This document shows positions 27,319 through 37,229 of a stretch of 64,000 nt of DNA, piece after piece; the first letter of the stretch is position 1; every line of letters begins with the position of its first letter. This DNA comes from Myxococcota bacterium (GTDB taxonomy: Bacteria > Myxococcota_A > Polyangia > Polyangiales > Sandaracinaceae): positions 1-64,000 of the forward strand of contig JAYZQJ010000089.1 in assembly GCA_036149055.1 (NCBI GenBank), in the 5' to 3' direction. The notes below the pieces were generated by a model that saw only the letters and a program-made list of their open reading frames with translations, did no database searches and was not told the DNA's origin. A program made the position numbers and the translations under genes.

Positions 27319-29763
27319 TCAGGCCGGCGGGGCCGGCTGGCGGGCGTGCTTGGCGCCGCTCCGCTCGTCCTCTTCGAGGTCGAAGGCGGGCAGGTCGAGC
27401 TTGTCCGGCTCCTCGAGGGCGAGCTTGAGGACCTCGGTCATGTGGCTGACGCCGATGAACTCGAGCTCCTCCTTGATCTCCTTCGGCACCTCTTCGAGGT
27501 CGGCGACGTTGCGCTCCGGGAGGAGGACCCGCTTGATGCCGGCGCGGTGCGCGGCGAGGACCTTCTCCTTGACGCCACCGACCGGCAGCACGCGGCCGCG
27601 GAGGGTGATCTCGCCGGTCATCGCCACGTCGTGGCGAACGCGGATGCCGGTCAGGAGCGAGACGAGCGCGGTCATCATGGTCACGCCCGCGCTGGGCCCG
27701 TCCTTCGGCATCGCGCCGGCGGGGATGTGGATGTGGATGTCGTGCTTCTCGAGGAAGCTCTCCTCGATCTTCAGCGAGCTCGCCCGGGTGCGGACCCAGC
27801 TGAGCGCCGCCTGCGCCGACTCCTTCATCACGTCGCCGAGCTGACCGGTGAGCTGGAGCTTGCCGGTGCCGTGCATGCGGGTCGCCTCGATGAAGAGGAT
27901 CTCGCCGCCGACCGCGGTCCAGGCGAGCCCGGTGGCCACGCCGGTCTCCTCGGTGCGCTCGGCGACCTCGGACGAGTAGCGGAGCGGGCCGAGGTACTCC
28001 CGGACGTCGTCCTCGGTGGCGATGGCGTAGGGGCCCTCGTTGCCCTCGGCGACCTTCACGGCGACGCCGCGGATGACGCTCGCGAGCTTGCGCTCGAGGT
28101 TCCGCACGCCGGCCTCGCGGGTGTAGGAGTCGATGACCACCTCGATCGCCGCCGTCTCGAAGGTGAGCTGCGACGTCTTGATGCCGTGCTCCTCGAGCTG
28201 CTTGGGGATGAGGTGATCGCGCGCGATGTCGAGCTTCTCGCGCCGCGTGTAGCCGGGGATCTCGATGATCTCCATGCGGTCGCGGAGCGGCGCCGGGATG
28301 GTGTCGCCGACGTTCGCGGTGGCGATGAACATCACCTTCGAGAGGTCGTAGGGGATCTCGAGGTAGTGGTCGGCGAAGGTGTCGTTCTGCTCGGGGTCGA
28401 GGACCTCGAGGAGCGCCGCCGCCGGGTCACCGCGGAAGTCGTGCCCGATCTTGTCGATCTCGTCGAGCATGAAGACCGGGTTGATCGTCCCGGACTTCTT
28501 CATGCCCTGGATGACCTGGCCGGGGAGGGCGCCGACGTAGGTGCGGCGGTGACCCCGGATGGCGGCCTCGTCGTGCACGCCGCCGAGGCTGATGCGCACG
28601 AACTTGCGGCCGAGCGAGCGCGCGACCGAGCGGCCGAGCGAGGTCTTGCCGACGCCGGGCGGGCCGATGAGACAGAGGATCGGGCCCTTCTTGTCCTTCT
28701 TCAGCTTCCGGACGGCGAGGTACTCGACGATGCGCTTCTTGACCTTGTCGAGCCCCGAGTGGTCCTCGTCGAGCACCTTGCGCACCGACGGGATGTCGAG
28801 GTTGTCGGTGGTCTCCTTGGTCCACGGGATGTCGAGGATCCAGTCGATGTAGGTGCGCACCACCGTGTACTCGGCGCTGCCGACCTGCATCGAGCGCAGG
28901 CGCTTGAGCTGCTTGCGCGCGACCTCCTCCGCCTCGCGGGGGAGGTTGGCCTTGGTGATCCGCTCGTCGAGCACGTCGAGATCGCCGGCGTCGCCGTCCT
29001 CCTCGCCGAGCTCCTCCTTGATGGCCTTGAGCTGCTGGCGGAGCACGTACTCGCGCTGGTTCTTGCCCATCTCCTCCTTGATCTGGGAGTTGATGCGCTC
29101 GCGCATCTTCAGGATCTCGAGCTGCCGGGTGAGCAGCCGGAGGACCTTGCGGATGCGCTCCTTGACCTCGATGGTCTCGAGCAGCTGCGCCTTCTCGTCG
29201 ACGGGGGCGTCGAGGTTGGCGGCCACGAGGTCGGCGAGCTGGCCGGCCTCCTGGATGGAGTCGATGAGCGAGCTCGCCTCGCGGGGCAGCTCGGGCATCA
29301 GCTGGATGACCTGCTTGGCGATGTCCCGGAGGCTCATCGCCAGCGCCTCGGTCTCCACGTCCTCACCGGTCGGCTCGTCGAGCCGGCTGATGCGGCACTT
29401 CAGGTAGGGCTCCTCCTGCTGCATGCCCTCCATGCGGATGCGCACGAGGCCCTGGAGGATGAGGCTGTAGTTGCCCGAGCTGTGCTTGAGCGCCTTGAGC
29501 ACGCGCGCAGCCACGCCGACGGGGTAGAGGTCGGCCTGCGTCGGGTCGTCGGTCGCCGGGTCACGCTGGGCGAAGATCGCGATGACGGGCTGGCTCAGCC
29601 CGTCGATGTCCTCGACGAGGGCGACCGACTTCTCGCGGCCGACGTCGAAGGGCGCGACCGCGCCCGGGAAGAGGACCGCGTTGCGAATCGGCAGGATCGG
29701 CAGCTCGTCGCCGAAGTTCAGGTCCTGCTCTCCCACCTCGGGCGGGGTCTCGTCGTCGGACAT
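27319..29763 (-). CDS. lon: ATP-dependent protease La (resembles myxobacterial LonD/BsgA type)
   Basis: LPILPIRN N-domain, Walker [17 protein letters not shown], catalytic [17 protein letters not shown] 29763 after AGGTG. The LonD resemblance is recalled, not searched. Confidence 0.97.
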   Translation of the reverse strand: MSDDETPPEVGEQDLNFGDELPILPIRNAVLFPGAVAPFDVGREKSVALVEDIDGLSQPVIAIFAQRDPATDDPTQADLYPVGVAARVLKALKHSSGNYSLILQGLVRIRMEGMQQEEPYLKCRISRLDEPTGEDVETEALAMSLRDIAKQVIQLMPELPREASSLIDSIQEAGQLADLVAANLDAPVDEKAQLLETIEVKERIRKVLRLLTRQLEILKMRERINSQIKEEMGKNQREYVLRQQLKAIKEELGEEDGDAGDLDVLDERITKANLPREAEEVARKQLKRLRSMQVGSAEYTVVRTYIDWILDIPWTKETTDNLDIPSVRKVLDEDHSGLDKVKKRIVEYLAVRKLKKDKKGPILCLIGPPGVGKTSLGRSVARSLGRKFVRISLGGVHDEAAIRGHRRTYVGALPGQVIQGMKKSGTINPVFMLDEIDKIGHDFRGDPAAALLEVLDPEQNDTFADHYLEIPYDLSKVMFIATANVGDTIPAPLRDRMEIIEIPGYTRREKLDIARDHLIPKQLEEHGIKTSQLTFETAAIEVVIDSYTREAGVRNLERKLASVIRGVAVKVAEGNEGPYAIATEDDVREYLGPLRYSSEVAERTEETGVATGLAWTAVGGEILFIEATRMHGTGKLQLTGQLGDVMKESAQAALSWVRTRASSLKIEESFLEKHDIHIHIPAGAMPKDGPSAGVTMMTALVSLLTGIRVRHDVAMTGEITLRGRVLPVGGVKEKVLAAHRAGIKRVLLPERNVADLEEVPKEIKEELEFIGVSHMTEVLKLALEEPDKLDLPAFDLEEDERSGAKHARQPAPPA

Positions 29764-29920
29764 GTTCACCTGTCGTCAGAAAACAGAGTGCGAAGAAGAA
29801 GCTTCGAGAGAACGGGGTCTCGATCAGGAGCTTAGGGCCCCCTGGCGCCGATGGCACCACCTCGCTCGGGTCGTCCCCGAGGGGTACGCAGACGCGCCCC
29901 CACGTGTTCGACGTCCGCCG

Positions 29921-29949
29921 AACATAGTCACCTCACTGTCCGAAGGCAA
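29921..29949 (-). promoter_or_regulatory. Putative sigma70-type promoter for lon
   Basis: Minus strand TTGCCT-17nt-TATGTT, about 150 nt upstream of the start. Confidence 0.5.
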
Positions 29950-30017
29950 GGACCGCACCCGGGCCCTCAAACCTCATGAATTCCGGTGGGTTCGGAGGCT
30001 CCGAGCGCGCTCTTCGA

Positions 30018-30046
30018 TTGACTGGGCGAGGCGCGCCGGATAAGCC
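30018..30046 (+). promoter_or_regulatory. Putative sigma70-type promoter for the downstream GT-C gene
   Basis: TTGACT-17nt-TAAGCC, 10 nt before GTG 30057. Confidence 0.4.
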
Positions 30047-30056
30047 CGTCCGCGGC

Positions 30057-32000
30057 GTGGGTCCCTCACCCTCATCAGGCCGCCGCCGCGCGGTCGTCGT
30101 CGGGTTCGCCGCGCTCCTCGGGCTGTACGTGGCGCTCGCCGCCGCCAACCCCATGGAGTCGTCGGTCCACGGCGACGGCTACTACACGTATCTGTGGGCC
30201 CGCTCGATCGTCTTCGACGGCGATCTCGACTTCCACGAGGACTACCGGGCCTGCCCCGATCCGTGGAGCATGGCCCGCCAGCCGGTGGGTGAGGACATCA
30301 ACCACTGGAACATGGGCCCGGCGCTCTTCTGGGTGCCGATCCTCGCCTTCGATCGGCTCACCCACCCCGCCGCCGACAGCCCCGATCCGCATCGGGCCCT
30401 CGGCTGCCTGCCGCCGCTGTCGCAGCGCGCGGTCTACGGATCGCTCCTGGCCGGGTGGCTGACGATGCTGCTCGGCTTCCTCGTGGCGCGGCGGCACTTC
30501 GGCGCCGGGAGCGCGTTCGTCGGGGCCGCCGGCGTCGGCACGCTCACCTCGCTCACCTACTACGCGACGATGATGCTCAGCTACGGGCACGCCGGCTCGA
30601 GCTTCGGCGCCGGGCTGCTCGTCTACGTGTGGGACCGCTACCGCGATCGTCCGAGCGCCCGCGGCTGGGCGCTCCAGGGGCTCGCGCTCGGGGTGGCGAT
30701 GCTGATGCGGAGCCAAAACGCGGTCCTCGTGATCTTGCCGCTCGGGAGCTGGCTGGCGCAGGCGTGGCCGCGCCGACGGCAGGCCAGCCGGCTCGCGCGC
30801 CACGTGGGCGCGGGCCTGATGTTCACCGCGCTGATGCTCGCGGTGTTCTCGCCGCAGCTCTGGTTCGCCTGGCACACGCTCGGCGATCCGCTCGCGATGT
30901 CGCAGGGCGATCACTTCATGCGCTGGGAGAGCCCGCGGGTGATGGCCGCGCTCTTCTCGGCCAACGGCCTCGTGCCCTGGGCGCCGGTCCACCTCTTCGT
31001 GTTCGCCGGCCTGGCGGCCCTCGCGCTCCGCCGCCGCACCCGCGCCCTCGGCCTCGGGCTGCTCGCGGTCACCGCCGCCAACACCTACGTCGTCGCCTCG
31101 GTCTACGACTGGTGGGGCGCGGTCGGCTTCCCGGGCCGGCGCTTCGACACCCTGGCGGTGCCGTTCATGGTCGGCCTCGCCGCCTTCGCCCACGAGGTGT
31201 GGCGGTGGGCGGCCCGGCGGCGGGTCTCGGCGTCGCTCGCGATCGTCGGCGCGGCGGCGGTGGTCGTGCTGGGCTTCTTCAACGTCGGGACCTCGGTCGG
31301 CGTGGCCGGCGCGCTCCGCACCCACGTGCCCCACGCCTCGCCGACCCACTGGGGCGGGGTGCTCGGTCGGACCTTCGGCCCGACGTGGGAGGCGCTCGGC
31401 AACCCGACGACCTGGCCGGCGTCGATCCCGTTCGCGATCCGGCATGGGGTCCACCCGCGGCGCTGGGACGTGCTCGGCGGCCCGGAGCTCTTCTTCCACG
31501 AGTACCAGACGCTCCAGCGCAACGTGGGCCACAGCGTCGTCGACTTCCGGGCCGACGACTCGATCCTCTACGTGGACGGCCCGGCGGCGAGCGAGGAGGT
31601 CGGCAGCTACGCGGGGCACCGCGGGGTGGCGATCCAGCCGGGCAACGCGCGCCTGCTCCTGCCGCTGCACTATCCGCACGCGGGCCGGCTCGAGCTCGAG
31701 GTGGCGTCGATGGCGCCCTTGGACGGGCGCTCGCTCGTCGGCCTGACGGTGAACGGCGTGGCCATCGCGACGGCGGCGGTGCCGGCGGGCCGGCGCGAGG
31801 TGCTGGCGTTCACGCTGCCCTGGGGCGTCACCCACGAGGGGATCAACGAGGCCTGGCTCTGGGTCGACGGCGGCTCGGTGGTGCTGACCAAGCTGGAGCT
31901 CTTCGACCACGATCCGCCGCCGCACCTCCAGCAGGAGAAGCGCAACCGCTCGCTGCGCGCCTGGCGCCGAGCCCACCGGGGCGCCGGGCCCCGCGAGTGA
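30057..32000 (+). CDS. GT-C fold membrane glycosyltransferase with C-terminal beta-sandwich domain
   Basis: First-loop HGDGYYTYLWARSIVFDGDLDF, ~11 TMs, late WWGAVGFPGRRF motif. Start uncertain (29976 or 30057). Confidence 0.78.
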   Translation: MGPSPSSGRRRAVVVGFAALLGLYVALAAANPMESSVHGDGYYTYLWARSIVFDGDLDFHEDYRACPDPWSMARQPVGEDINHWNMGPALFWVPILAFDRLTHPAADSPDPHRALGCLPPLSQRAVYGSLLAGWLTMLLGFLVARRHFGAGSAFVGAAGVGTLTSLTYYATMMLSYGHAGSSFGAGLLVYVWDRYRDRPSARGWALQGLALGVAMLMRSQNAVLVILPLGSWLAQAWPRRRQASRLARHVGAGLMFTALMLAVFSPQLWFAWHTLGDPLAMSQGDHFMRWESPRVMAALFSANGLVPWAPVHLFVFAGLAALALRRRTRALGLGLLAVTAANTYVVASVYDWWGAVGFPGRRFDTLAVPFMVGLAAFAHEVWRWAARRRVSASLAIVGAAAVVVLGFFNVGTSVGVAGALRTHVPHASPTHWGGVLGRTFGPTWEALGNPTTWPASIPFAIRHGVHPRRWDVLGGPELFFHEYQTLQRNVGHSVVDFRADDSILYVDGPAASEEVGSYAGHRGVAIQPGNARLLLPLHYPHAGRLELEVASMAPLDGRSLVGLTVNGVAIATAAVPAGRREVLAFTLPWGVTHEGINEAWLWVDGGSVVLTKLELFDHDPPPHLQQEKRNRSLRAWRRAHRGAGPRE

Positions 32001-32011
32001 CGCTCGGCTGA

Positions 32012-33304
32012 CTACTCGACCTGGATCTCGCCGAAGCCGCCGCCGCGGCGGAACCACGAGCTGATCCCGATCCGGATGCGGTCGACGCTCCGGTGCCGGG
32101 CGTCGTGCTCGACGAACTCGGGGTCGGGCTCGATCGCGTCGAACTCGCCCTCGATCGTCTCGAGCTCCTGGTCGTGGCTGTAGACGTGCACGGTGTACGC
32201 CTGGGTGCCGCGATCGTTGTAGTTGCGATTGTGCGCGTTCTGCAGCTTGATCTTCGTGATGTCCCGCGGCGGGGCGTAGCGCACCTCGATCCAGCCCTCC
32301 GACTCGTCGGGGAGGAGCCACTCGGTGCTCTCGTCCTCGTCGATCGCCATCTCGGGCCGGAACTCGGGCCGGCTCTCCCACACCCCGCTCGCGTGCGCGA
32401 ACGCCTCCTGCGGCGTGCGCAGCAGCCACGCCAGCCCGGCGACCACCAGCCCGGTCGCGGCGATCGCGGCGGCCCAGCGCAGCGCGCCGGTCCAGAGGAT
32501 CTGCTTCGGGGTGAGCACCGCGCTCGAGAGGCCCCGCTCGATCCCGCGCTGCGCCTCGAGGAGGTCGGTGAAGAGCTGCGCGTGCGCCGGGCTCACCTCG
32601 TCGTCGAGCAGAGGGAGAGTGGTCCGATGAAGGGTCTCGAGCACCTTCGCGTGCGCGGGGGAAGCCGGCACCACCGAAGGCGCGCCGGCCAGAGGCTTCG
32701 CCGAGACCGCTGCCGAGCCCGAGCCCGAGACCGACTCCGAGTCCGAGACCGACTCCGAGTCCGAGACCGAGTCCGAGACCGAATCCGAGACCGAATCCGA
32801 GACCGAATCCGAGACCGAGCCCGAGACCGCTGCCGGCTCCGCGCCCGCTGCCGGCTCCGCTGCCGCTGCCGCTGCCGGCTCCGCGCCCGCTGCCGGCTCC
32901 GCGCCCGCTGCCGGCTCCGCTGCCGCTGCCGGCTCCGCTGCCGCTGCCGGCTCCGCTGCCGCTGCCGGCTCCGCTGCCGCTGCCGGCTCCGCCGCCGCTG
33001 CCGGCTCCGCCGCCGCTGCCGGCTCCGCGCCCGCTGCCGACCCCGCCGCCGCTGCCGACCCCGCCGCCGCCGCCGCCACCCTCGACACCGAAGGCGCCAG
33101 CGCGAGCGTCTGCTCGAACGCCGCCGCCGCCAGCGCGAGCCCCTCCGCCATGTGCCCGCCGGACCACAGCGCGTCCGCCGCCTCCGCCTTCTGGTGCACC
33201 GCACGCAGGTCTCGCGAGAGGGCGCGGCGCGCCGTCTCATCGACCCGGGCGGCCGCCGCGCGCGCGTCTCGCAGCAAGAAGAACTCGCGGATGCGCCCCG
33301 CCAT
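32012..33304 (-). CDS. Single-pass protein: helical N-domain interrupted by repeats + TM + discoidin/F5/8-type-C-like domain (copy 1)
   Basis: MAGRIREFFLL. After the TM: ASGVW...PEMAIDEDESTEWLLP...GWIEV...IKLQNAHN...RIRIGI...GFGEIQV. Confidence 0.8.
   Translation of the reverse strand: MAGRIREFFLLRDARAAAARVDETARRALSRDLRAVHQKAEAADALWSGGHMAEGLALAAAAFEQTLALAPSVSRVAAAAAGSAAAAGSAAGAEPAAAAEPAAAAEPAAAAEPAAAAEPAAAAEPAAAAEPAAGAEPAAGAEPAAAAAAEPAAGAEPAAVSGSVSDSVSDSVSDSVSDSVSDSESVSDSESVSGSGSAAVSAKPLAGAPSVVPASPAHAKVLETLHRTTLPLLDDEVSPAHAQLFTDLLEAQRGIERGLSSAVLTPKQILWTGALRWAAAIAATGLVVAGLAWLLRTPQEAFAHASGVWESRPEFRPEMAIDEDESTEWLLPDESEGWIEVRYAPPRDITKIKLQNAHNRNYNDRGTQAYTVHVYSHDQELETIEGEFDAIEPDPEFVEHDARHRSVDRIRIGISSWFRRGGGFGEIQVE
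32701..33078 (-). repeat. Compound CCGNNN-based microsatellite encoding (AAAAEP)n and (SVSD)n
   Basis: 18-bp units gctgccggctccgc(t/g/c)gcc-like and 12-bp units ccgagaccgaat/ccgagaccgagt, read directly. Confidence 0.95.
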
Positions 33305-33363
33305 CGACGACGTCGTCACGTGGCCAGGACTACCCGCCCCGGCTGCGCCGGGCAAGCCCAGGC

Positions 33364-35493
33364 TCACCGATCGAAGTAGCGATCGCGGTCGAAGTTCCAG
33401 TGGCTCTCGTAGAGCACGTCGTAGTGGTAGACGTACCAGCCGCTCAGGCTCACCACGAGCACCAGCCCCAGCGCGGTCGCCGCCCGCGCCACCGTCGCCG
33501 TCCACCGCCACTGACGGATGGTCGCCAGGAAGTAGGGGCCGATGGAGAAGAGCACGAAGGCGCTGATCCAGGTGCGCAGGCGCGGCCAGTGGACCGAGCT
33601 CTTCATCGCCCGCGGGCTCTCGAAGAAGTTACCGAAGTACATCAGCAAGAGGCCCATGAAGATCAGGCCCATCAGCGGGCTCGGGCGCCGCCACAGGGCC
33701 ACCAGGAACTGCCCCGCCGCCAGGCAGAGGAACGGGTAGACCGGCAGCATGTACCAGCCGAACGTCCAGTTGCCGCTCGAGACCGCGATGACGATCAGGT
33801 AGCACGTCGGATACACGACCCAGGCCGGGTCGATCCGCCGGCCTCGCCCGCCGAGGTGGGTGAGCGCGGCCAGCCAGAGGAAGAGCTGGTGGGCGTGGAA
33901 GGTGATGTTGTGGACCAGCATCCCGTCGGCGAAGAAGCGCGGGAAGATGTTCCAGTGGGCGGGGCGGCCGGTCGCCTGCTTGAAGGTGGTCAGCGCGAAC
34001 TGCTGCCAGTCCATGACCGCCCCGTAGAGGAGGAGCAGCCCGATGCCGACGAGCCCGGACAGGCCCGCCTTGACCGCGCCCTGCCAGCGGCCGGTGGTGA
34101 GCGCGAGCAGCACCAGCGCGGGCACGAAGACGCCCGAGGGGATCTTGGCGAGCACCCCGATCCCGGCGACGAGCCCCGCCATCACGATGAGCCCGTCGCG
34201 GGGCGCGTCGGCGCGCACCGTGCGCCGCCATCGGAGGAAGAGCCAGAGCGAGAGCAGCTCCAGCGGGACGACGACCATCTCCTCCTTGATCGCCCGGTTG
34301 TTGATCACGAGCAGCGGCAGCGCCGCGTAGAGCAGCACCCCGAGCCAGGGCGCCGCGCTCCGCCGGTCGTCGAGCTCGCGCCCGACCAGGAACATCAGCG
34401 CCATGATCGCGAGCGAGAGCGCGATCGGGACGAGGCGGGTGTGTTTCAGGCGCCCGTGCGCCCAGTGCTCCGCGCCGCCCAGCCAGGACGCCGCCCCCAC
34501 CATCACGTGGGCGAGCGGCGGGTGCTCGAAGTAGGGCTGGATGATCTGCCAGCGCCCGTTGGTCTGCATCCAGTAGACCAGCTCGCTGCGCTCGACGCCC
34601 CCGCCGTAGTAGGGCGACCAGAAGGTCCAGCCCCGGGTCTCGCCTTCGGTGAGCAGCGAGTAGCCGTTCCAGACCGCGAACAGCTCGTCCCCGTTCTCCT
34701 GGAACTGGGGCATCACGTGGTAGTCCCACAGACGATACCCGAGCCCGAGCGCGAGGATGGCCGCGAGGGCCAGCCGGCCGAGCCGCCGGCGGCGGCGCAG
34801 CGGATCGCCGAAGAGGATCAGCGCGAGGGGCAGGACCAGCCCGAGCCAGACCAGGGCGGCGGCCGCCCGGACGAGGGTGACGTCTCCCTCGTCGGTCCAC
34901 GCCGGGCGGGTGTCCGAGGCGTCGACCGCCTCCCAGCGCCGACCGTCCACGCTCTTCTGGAGCAGGAGGCTGGTGCGCATGGGGGTGTGGTCGCGCTTCT
35001 CCTCGAAGCGGCCGGTCCAGACCACCCGGATCGCGTGCTCGCCGGGGGAGACCCACTCCGGCTCGCGCTCGTCGTCGATGAAGAGCTCCGCCTCGCCCGA
35101 GTGCGGCCGGGCCCGCACGTGCACCGAGCCCGGGCCGTCGACGTGCAGCGTGCCGGTCAGGGTCGCCCGGAACCGGGGCATCGCGTCCGGTACCCCGTGC
35201 TCGGCGTAGTCCCAGCTCTGCACGTATCGGCTGAGCGCCCGGTGCTCGTTCTCGTACTGGATCCGGTGCTCGACCGTGCGCAGGACGTCGACCCAGACCT
35301 CTTCGGTGGGCGGCTCCTCTCCCGCGACCGGCTCCTCCCCGTCGTCGTCCGCCTCGACTGGGACCTCGACCAGGGCCTCGTAACGCACCGAGAGGCCCCG
35401 GTGGGCGTAGCCGTCGGCCCACCACGCGCCGGCGAGCACCGCGAGCGTCGCCCCGAGGACGGCGCCGATGGAGAGGAGGCGCGAGCGGGTCAT
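33364..35493 (-). CDS. PMT-like GT-C glycosyltransferase with N-terminal PA14-like domain (copy 1)
   Basis: TM, then beta domain (GLSVRY...FRATLTGTL...GEHAIRVVW), then DE motif (NGDELF), YFEHPPL, KEE, multiple TMs, WYMLPVYPFL. Confidence 0.82.
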   Translation of the reverse strand: MTRSRLLSIGAVLGATLAVLAGAWWADGYAHRGLSVRYEALVEVPVEADDDGEEPVAGEEPPTEEVWVDVLRTVEHRIQYENEHRALSRYVQSWDYAEHGVPDAMPRFRATLTGTLHVDGPGSVHVRARPHSGEAELFIDDEREPEWVSPGEHAIRVVWTGRFEEKRDHTPMRTSLLLQKSVDGRRWEAVDASDTRPAWTDEGDVTLVRAAAALVWLGLVLPLALILFGDPLRRRRRLGRLALAAILALGLGYRLWDYHVMPQFQENGDELFAVWNGYSLLTEGETRGWTFWSPYYGGGVERSELVYWMQTNGRWQIIQPYFEHPPLAHVMVGAASWLGGAEHWAHGRLKHTRLVPIALSLAIMALMFLVGRELDDRRSAAPWLGVLLYAALPLLVINNRAIKEEMVVVPLELLSLWLFLRWRRTVRADAPRDGLIVMAGLVAGIGVLAKIPSGVFVPALVLLALTTGRWQGAVKAGLSGLVGIGLLLLYGAVMDWQQFALTTFKQATGRPAHWNIFPRFFADGMLVHNITFHAHQLFLWLAALTHLGGRGRRIDPAWVVYPTCYLIVIAVSSGNWTFGWYMLPVYPFLCLAAGQFLVALWRRPSPLMGLIFMGLLLMYFGNFFESPRAMKSSVHWPRLRTWISAFVLFSIGPYFLATIRQWRWTATVARAATALGLVLVVSLSGWYVYHYDVLYESHWNFDRDRYFDR

Positions 35494-37229
35494 CGCGAAG
35501 GGAGCGCTCCGCGCCAGAGGGAGAAGGACAAGAGCAGCCCCAGGAGAGTCAGGATGCGAGCGTACCAGAGCGTGGCGGGCTCATAGCGCACCTCCAGCCG
35601 ATGTCGCCCCTCGGGCAGGGCGATCGCCAATCGCCCGCCGTCGTCCACCACCGAGCCGGTGTCGCCGACGACCTCCCAGTCGGGGTGGAAGTTCTGGTTC
35701 AGCACCACGCGGCCCCGCTCGGGCAGGTCGACCGCGGCGAAGATCCGGTGGTTGGTGCGGTGCGAGGCGAGCACCCGGCCGCCGTCGGGCACGCGCAGCT
35801 GCGGTCGATCGCCGAGCCAGAGCCCGGGCGCCACCCGCCAGCTCATCGCGCCGACGTAGCACTGGGTGGTGCCGACCCCGCGGCGGGGCATCGAGGCGAG
35901 CTCCGTCTGGTAGTCGGCGGTGCGCACGAGGTGGAAGCGGCCGGTGGGCGCGCCGTGCACCGGGGGCAGCTCCCAGTGATCCGAGATCACCACCCCGAAG
36001 ATCAGCCCCGGGAGGGCGAGGGCCGCGGCCGCGATCGCGGCGGTGCTCCGGCGCACCCCCGGCCCGAGCCGGCTGAGCCAGCGCCGCTCCCGCAGCCAGG
36101 CCCCGGCGGCGTCCAGCCCGATCCCGGCGAGCAGCCCGAGGTAGAGGGTGGCGAGCACCGCGAAGCGGGAGGGCACCCGGAGCGAGTCGTAGACCGGCAG
36201 CCGGTGCATCAGCTCCCAGGGGGCCCAGGCGCCGTGGTTGCCCATCATCAGGGCGCAGAAGAAGGCGAGCCCGAGCGCGGGCTCCCAGCGTCGGCGGAGG
36301 AGGGCCGCCCCGAGCCCGAAGAGCGCGAGCGCCAGCACCGGCCAGCCGACGAACGCCGTGTACTCGTTCCAGACGTAGATGTGATCGGGGTGCCGCCACG
36401 GGAAGTCGTAGGTGGTCCAGACCTCGATCAGCTCGTGCGGGAACAGGCGATCGGTGCTCTCGAGCTCCCGCGGGTAGAGCTGCAGGGTCCGCACGATCGG
36501 CAGCAGCCGGATGGCCCCGAGGGTCGCGGTCAGCCCGAAGATCGTCAGCCCGGCCGCGACCGTCCGGGCGAGGGGGCGCAGCGATCGCGCGGCCCGCGCC
36601 TCCCGCCAGGTGACGATCGCCGCGTCGAGCGCGAGCAGCAGGACGAAGTAGGGGAACGGGTAGGTGCCGCCCTCGAGCAGGGTCAGCACGAGCAGCCCGG
36701 CGGTGGCCACGGCCCAGCGGAGATCCCGGACGGCGCGGCGCCAGGTCAGGAGCACCCAGGGCGCGAGGTAGAAGGCGACGAAGGTGAAGTGGCCGCCGCC
36801 CATGCGCCACGCGAAGAAGCCGTTGAGGACGAACGCCCCCGCGGCCACGCAGGCCGCCGCCCGGGTCAGCCCGAAGGCGCGGCGCCCGAGCAGGTAGCCG
36901 CCGACGAGCCCCGCCCAGGTGTGGAGCACGATCGTGAGCTTGAGCGCGATCGTGGTCCCGAACGGGAAGGCGAGCAGGAAGAACGGGCTGAAGTGCTGGG
37001 CCTCGGGGTTGCCGAGGTGGGTGACGCCGCCGCAGTGGTGGGGGTTCCAGAGCGCCCACTCGCCGTGCTGGCGCCAGGCGGCGAGCGCCACCTCCCAGTT
37101 GTGGTGGATCTGCTGCCAGTCGCCGAACCCGGTCGCCTCGGGGTCCGGGTAGAAGGCCAGCGCGTGGGCCGCGAAGGCGACGGCGAGGCTGCCGGACAGC
37201 CCGACGATCGTTCGGATTCGAGGCGCCAT
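35490..37229 (-). CDS. YfhO-like GT-C membrane protein (copy 1)
   Basis: GDWQQ...LWNPHHCGG...GNPEAQHFSP, LRVPSRF, C-terminal VVLNQNFHPDW...LPEGRHRLEVRYEP + TM. Start ATG 37229. Confidence 0.82.
   Translation of the reverse strand: MAPRIRTIVGLSGSLAVAFAAHALAFYPDPEATGFGDWQQIHHNWEVALAAWRQHGEWALWNPHHCGGVTHLGNPEAQHFSPFFLLAFPFGTTIALKLTIVLHTWAGLVGGYLLGRRAFGLTRAAACVAAGAFVLNGFFAWRMGGGHFTFVAFYLAPWVLLTWRRAVRDLRWAVATAGLLVLTLLEGGTYPFPYFVLLLALDAAIVTWREARAARSLRPLARTVAAGLTIFGLTATLGAIRLLPIVRTLQLYPRELESTDRLFPHELIEVWTTYDFPWRHPDHIYVWNEYTAFVGWPVLALALFGLGAALLRRRWEPALGLAFFCALMMGNHGAWAPWELMHRLPVYDSLRVPSRFAVLATLYLGLLAGIGLDAAGAWLRERRWLSRLGPGVRRSTAAIAAAALALPGLIFGVVISDHWELPPVHGAPTGRFHLVRTADYQTELASMPRRGVGTTQCYVGAMSWRVAPGLWLGDRPQLRVPDGGRVLASHRTNHRIFAAVDLPERGRVVLNQNFHPDWEVVGDTGSVVDDGGRLAIALPEGRHRLEVRYEPATLWYARILTLLGLLLSFSLWRGALPSR

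Noticed and set aside
32701..33078. Short repeats as CRISPR or on/off phase-variation tract
   Set aside because: Contiguous 6/12/18-bp units with no spacers; multiples of 3 cannot shift frame.
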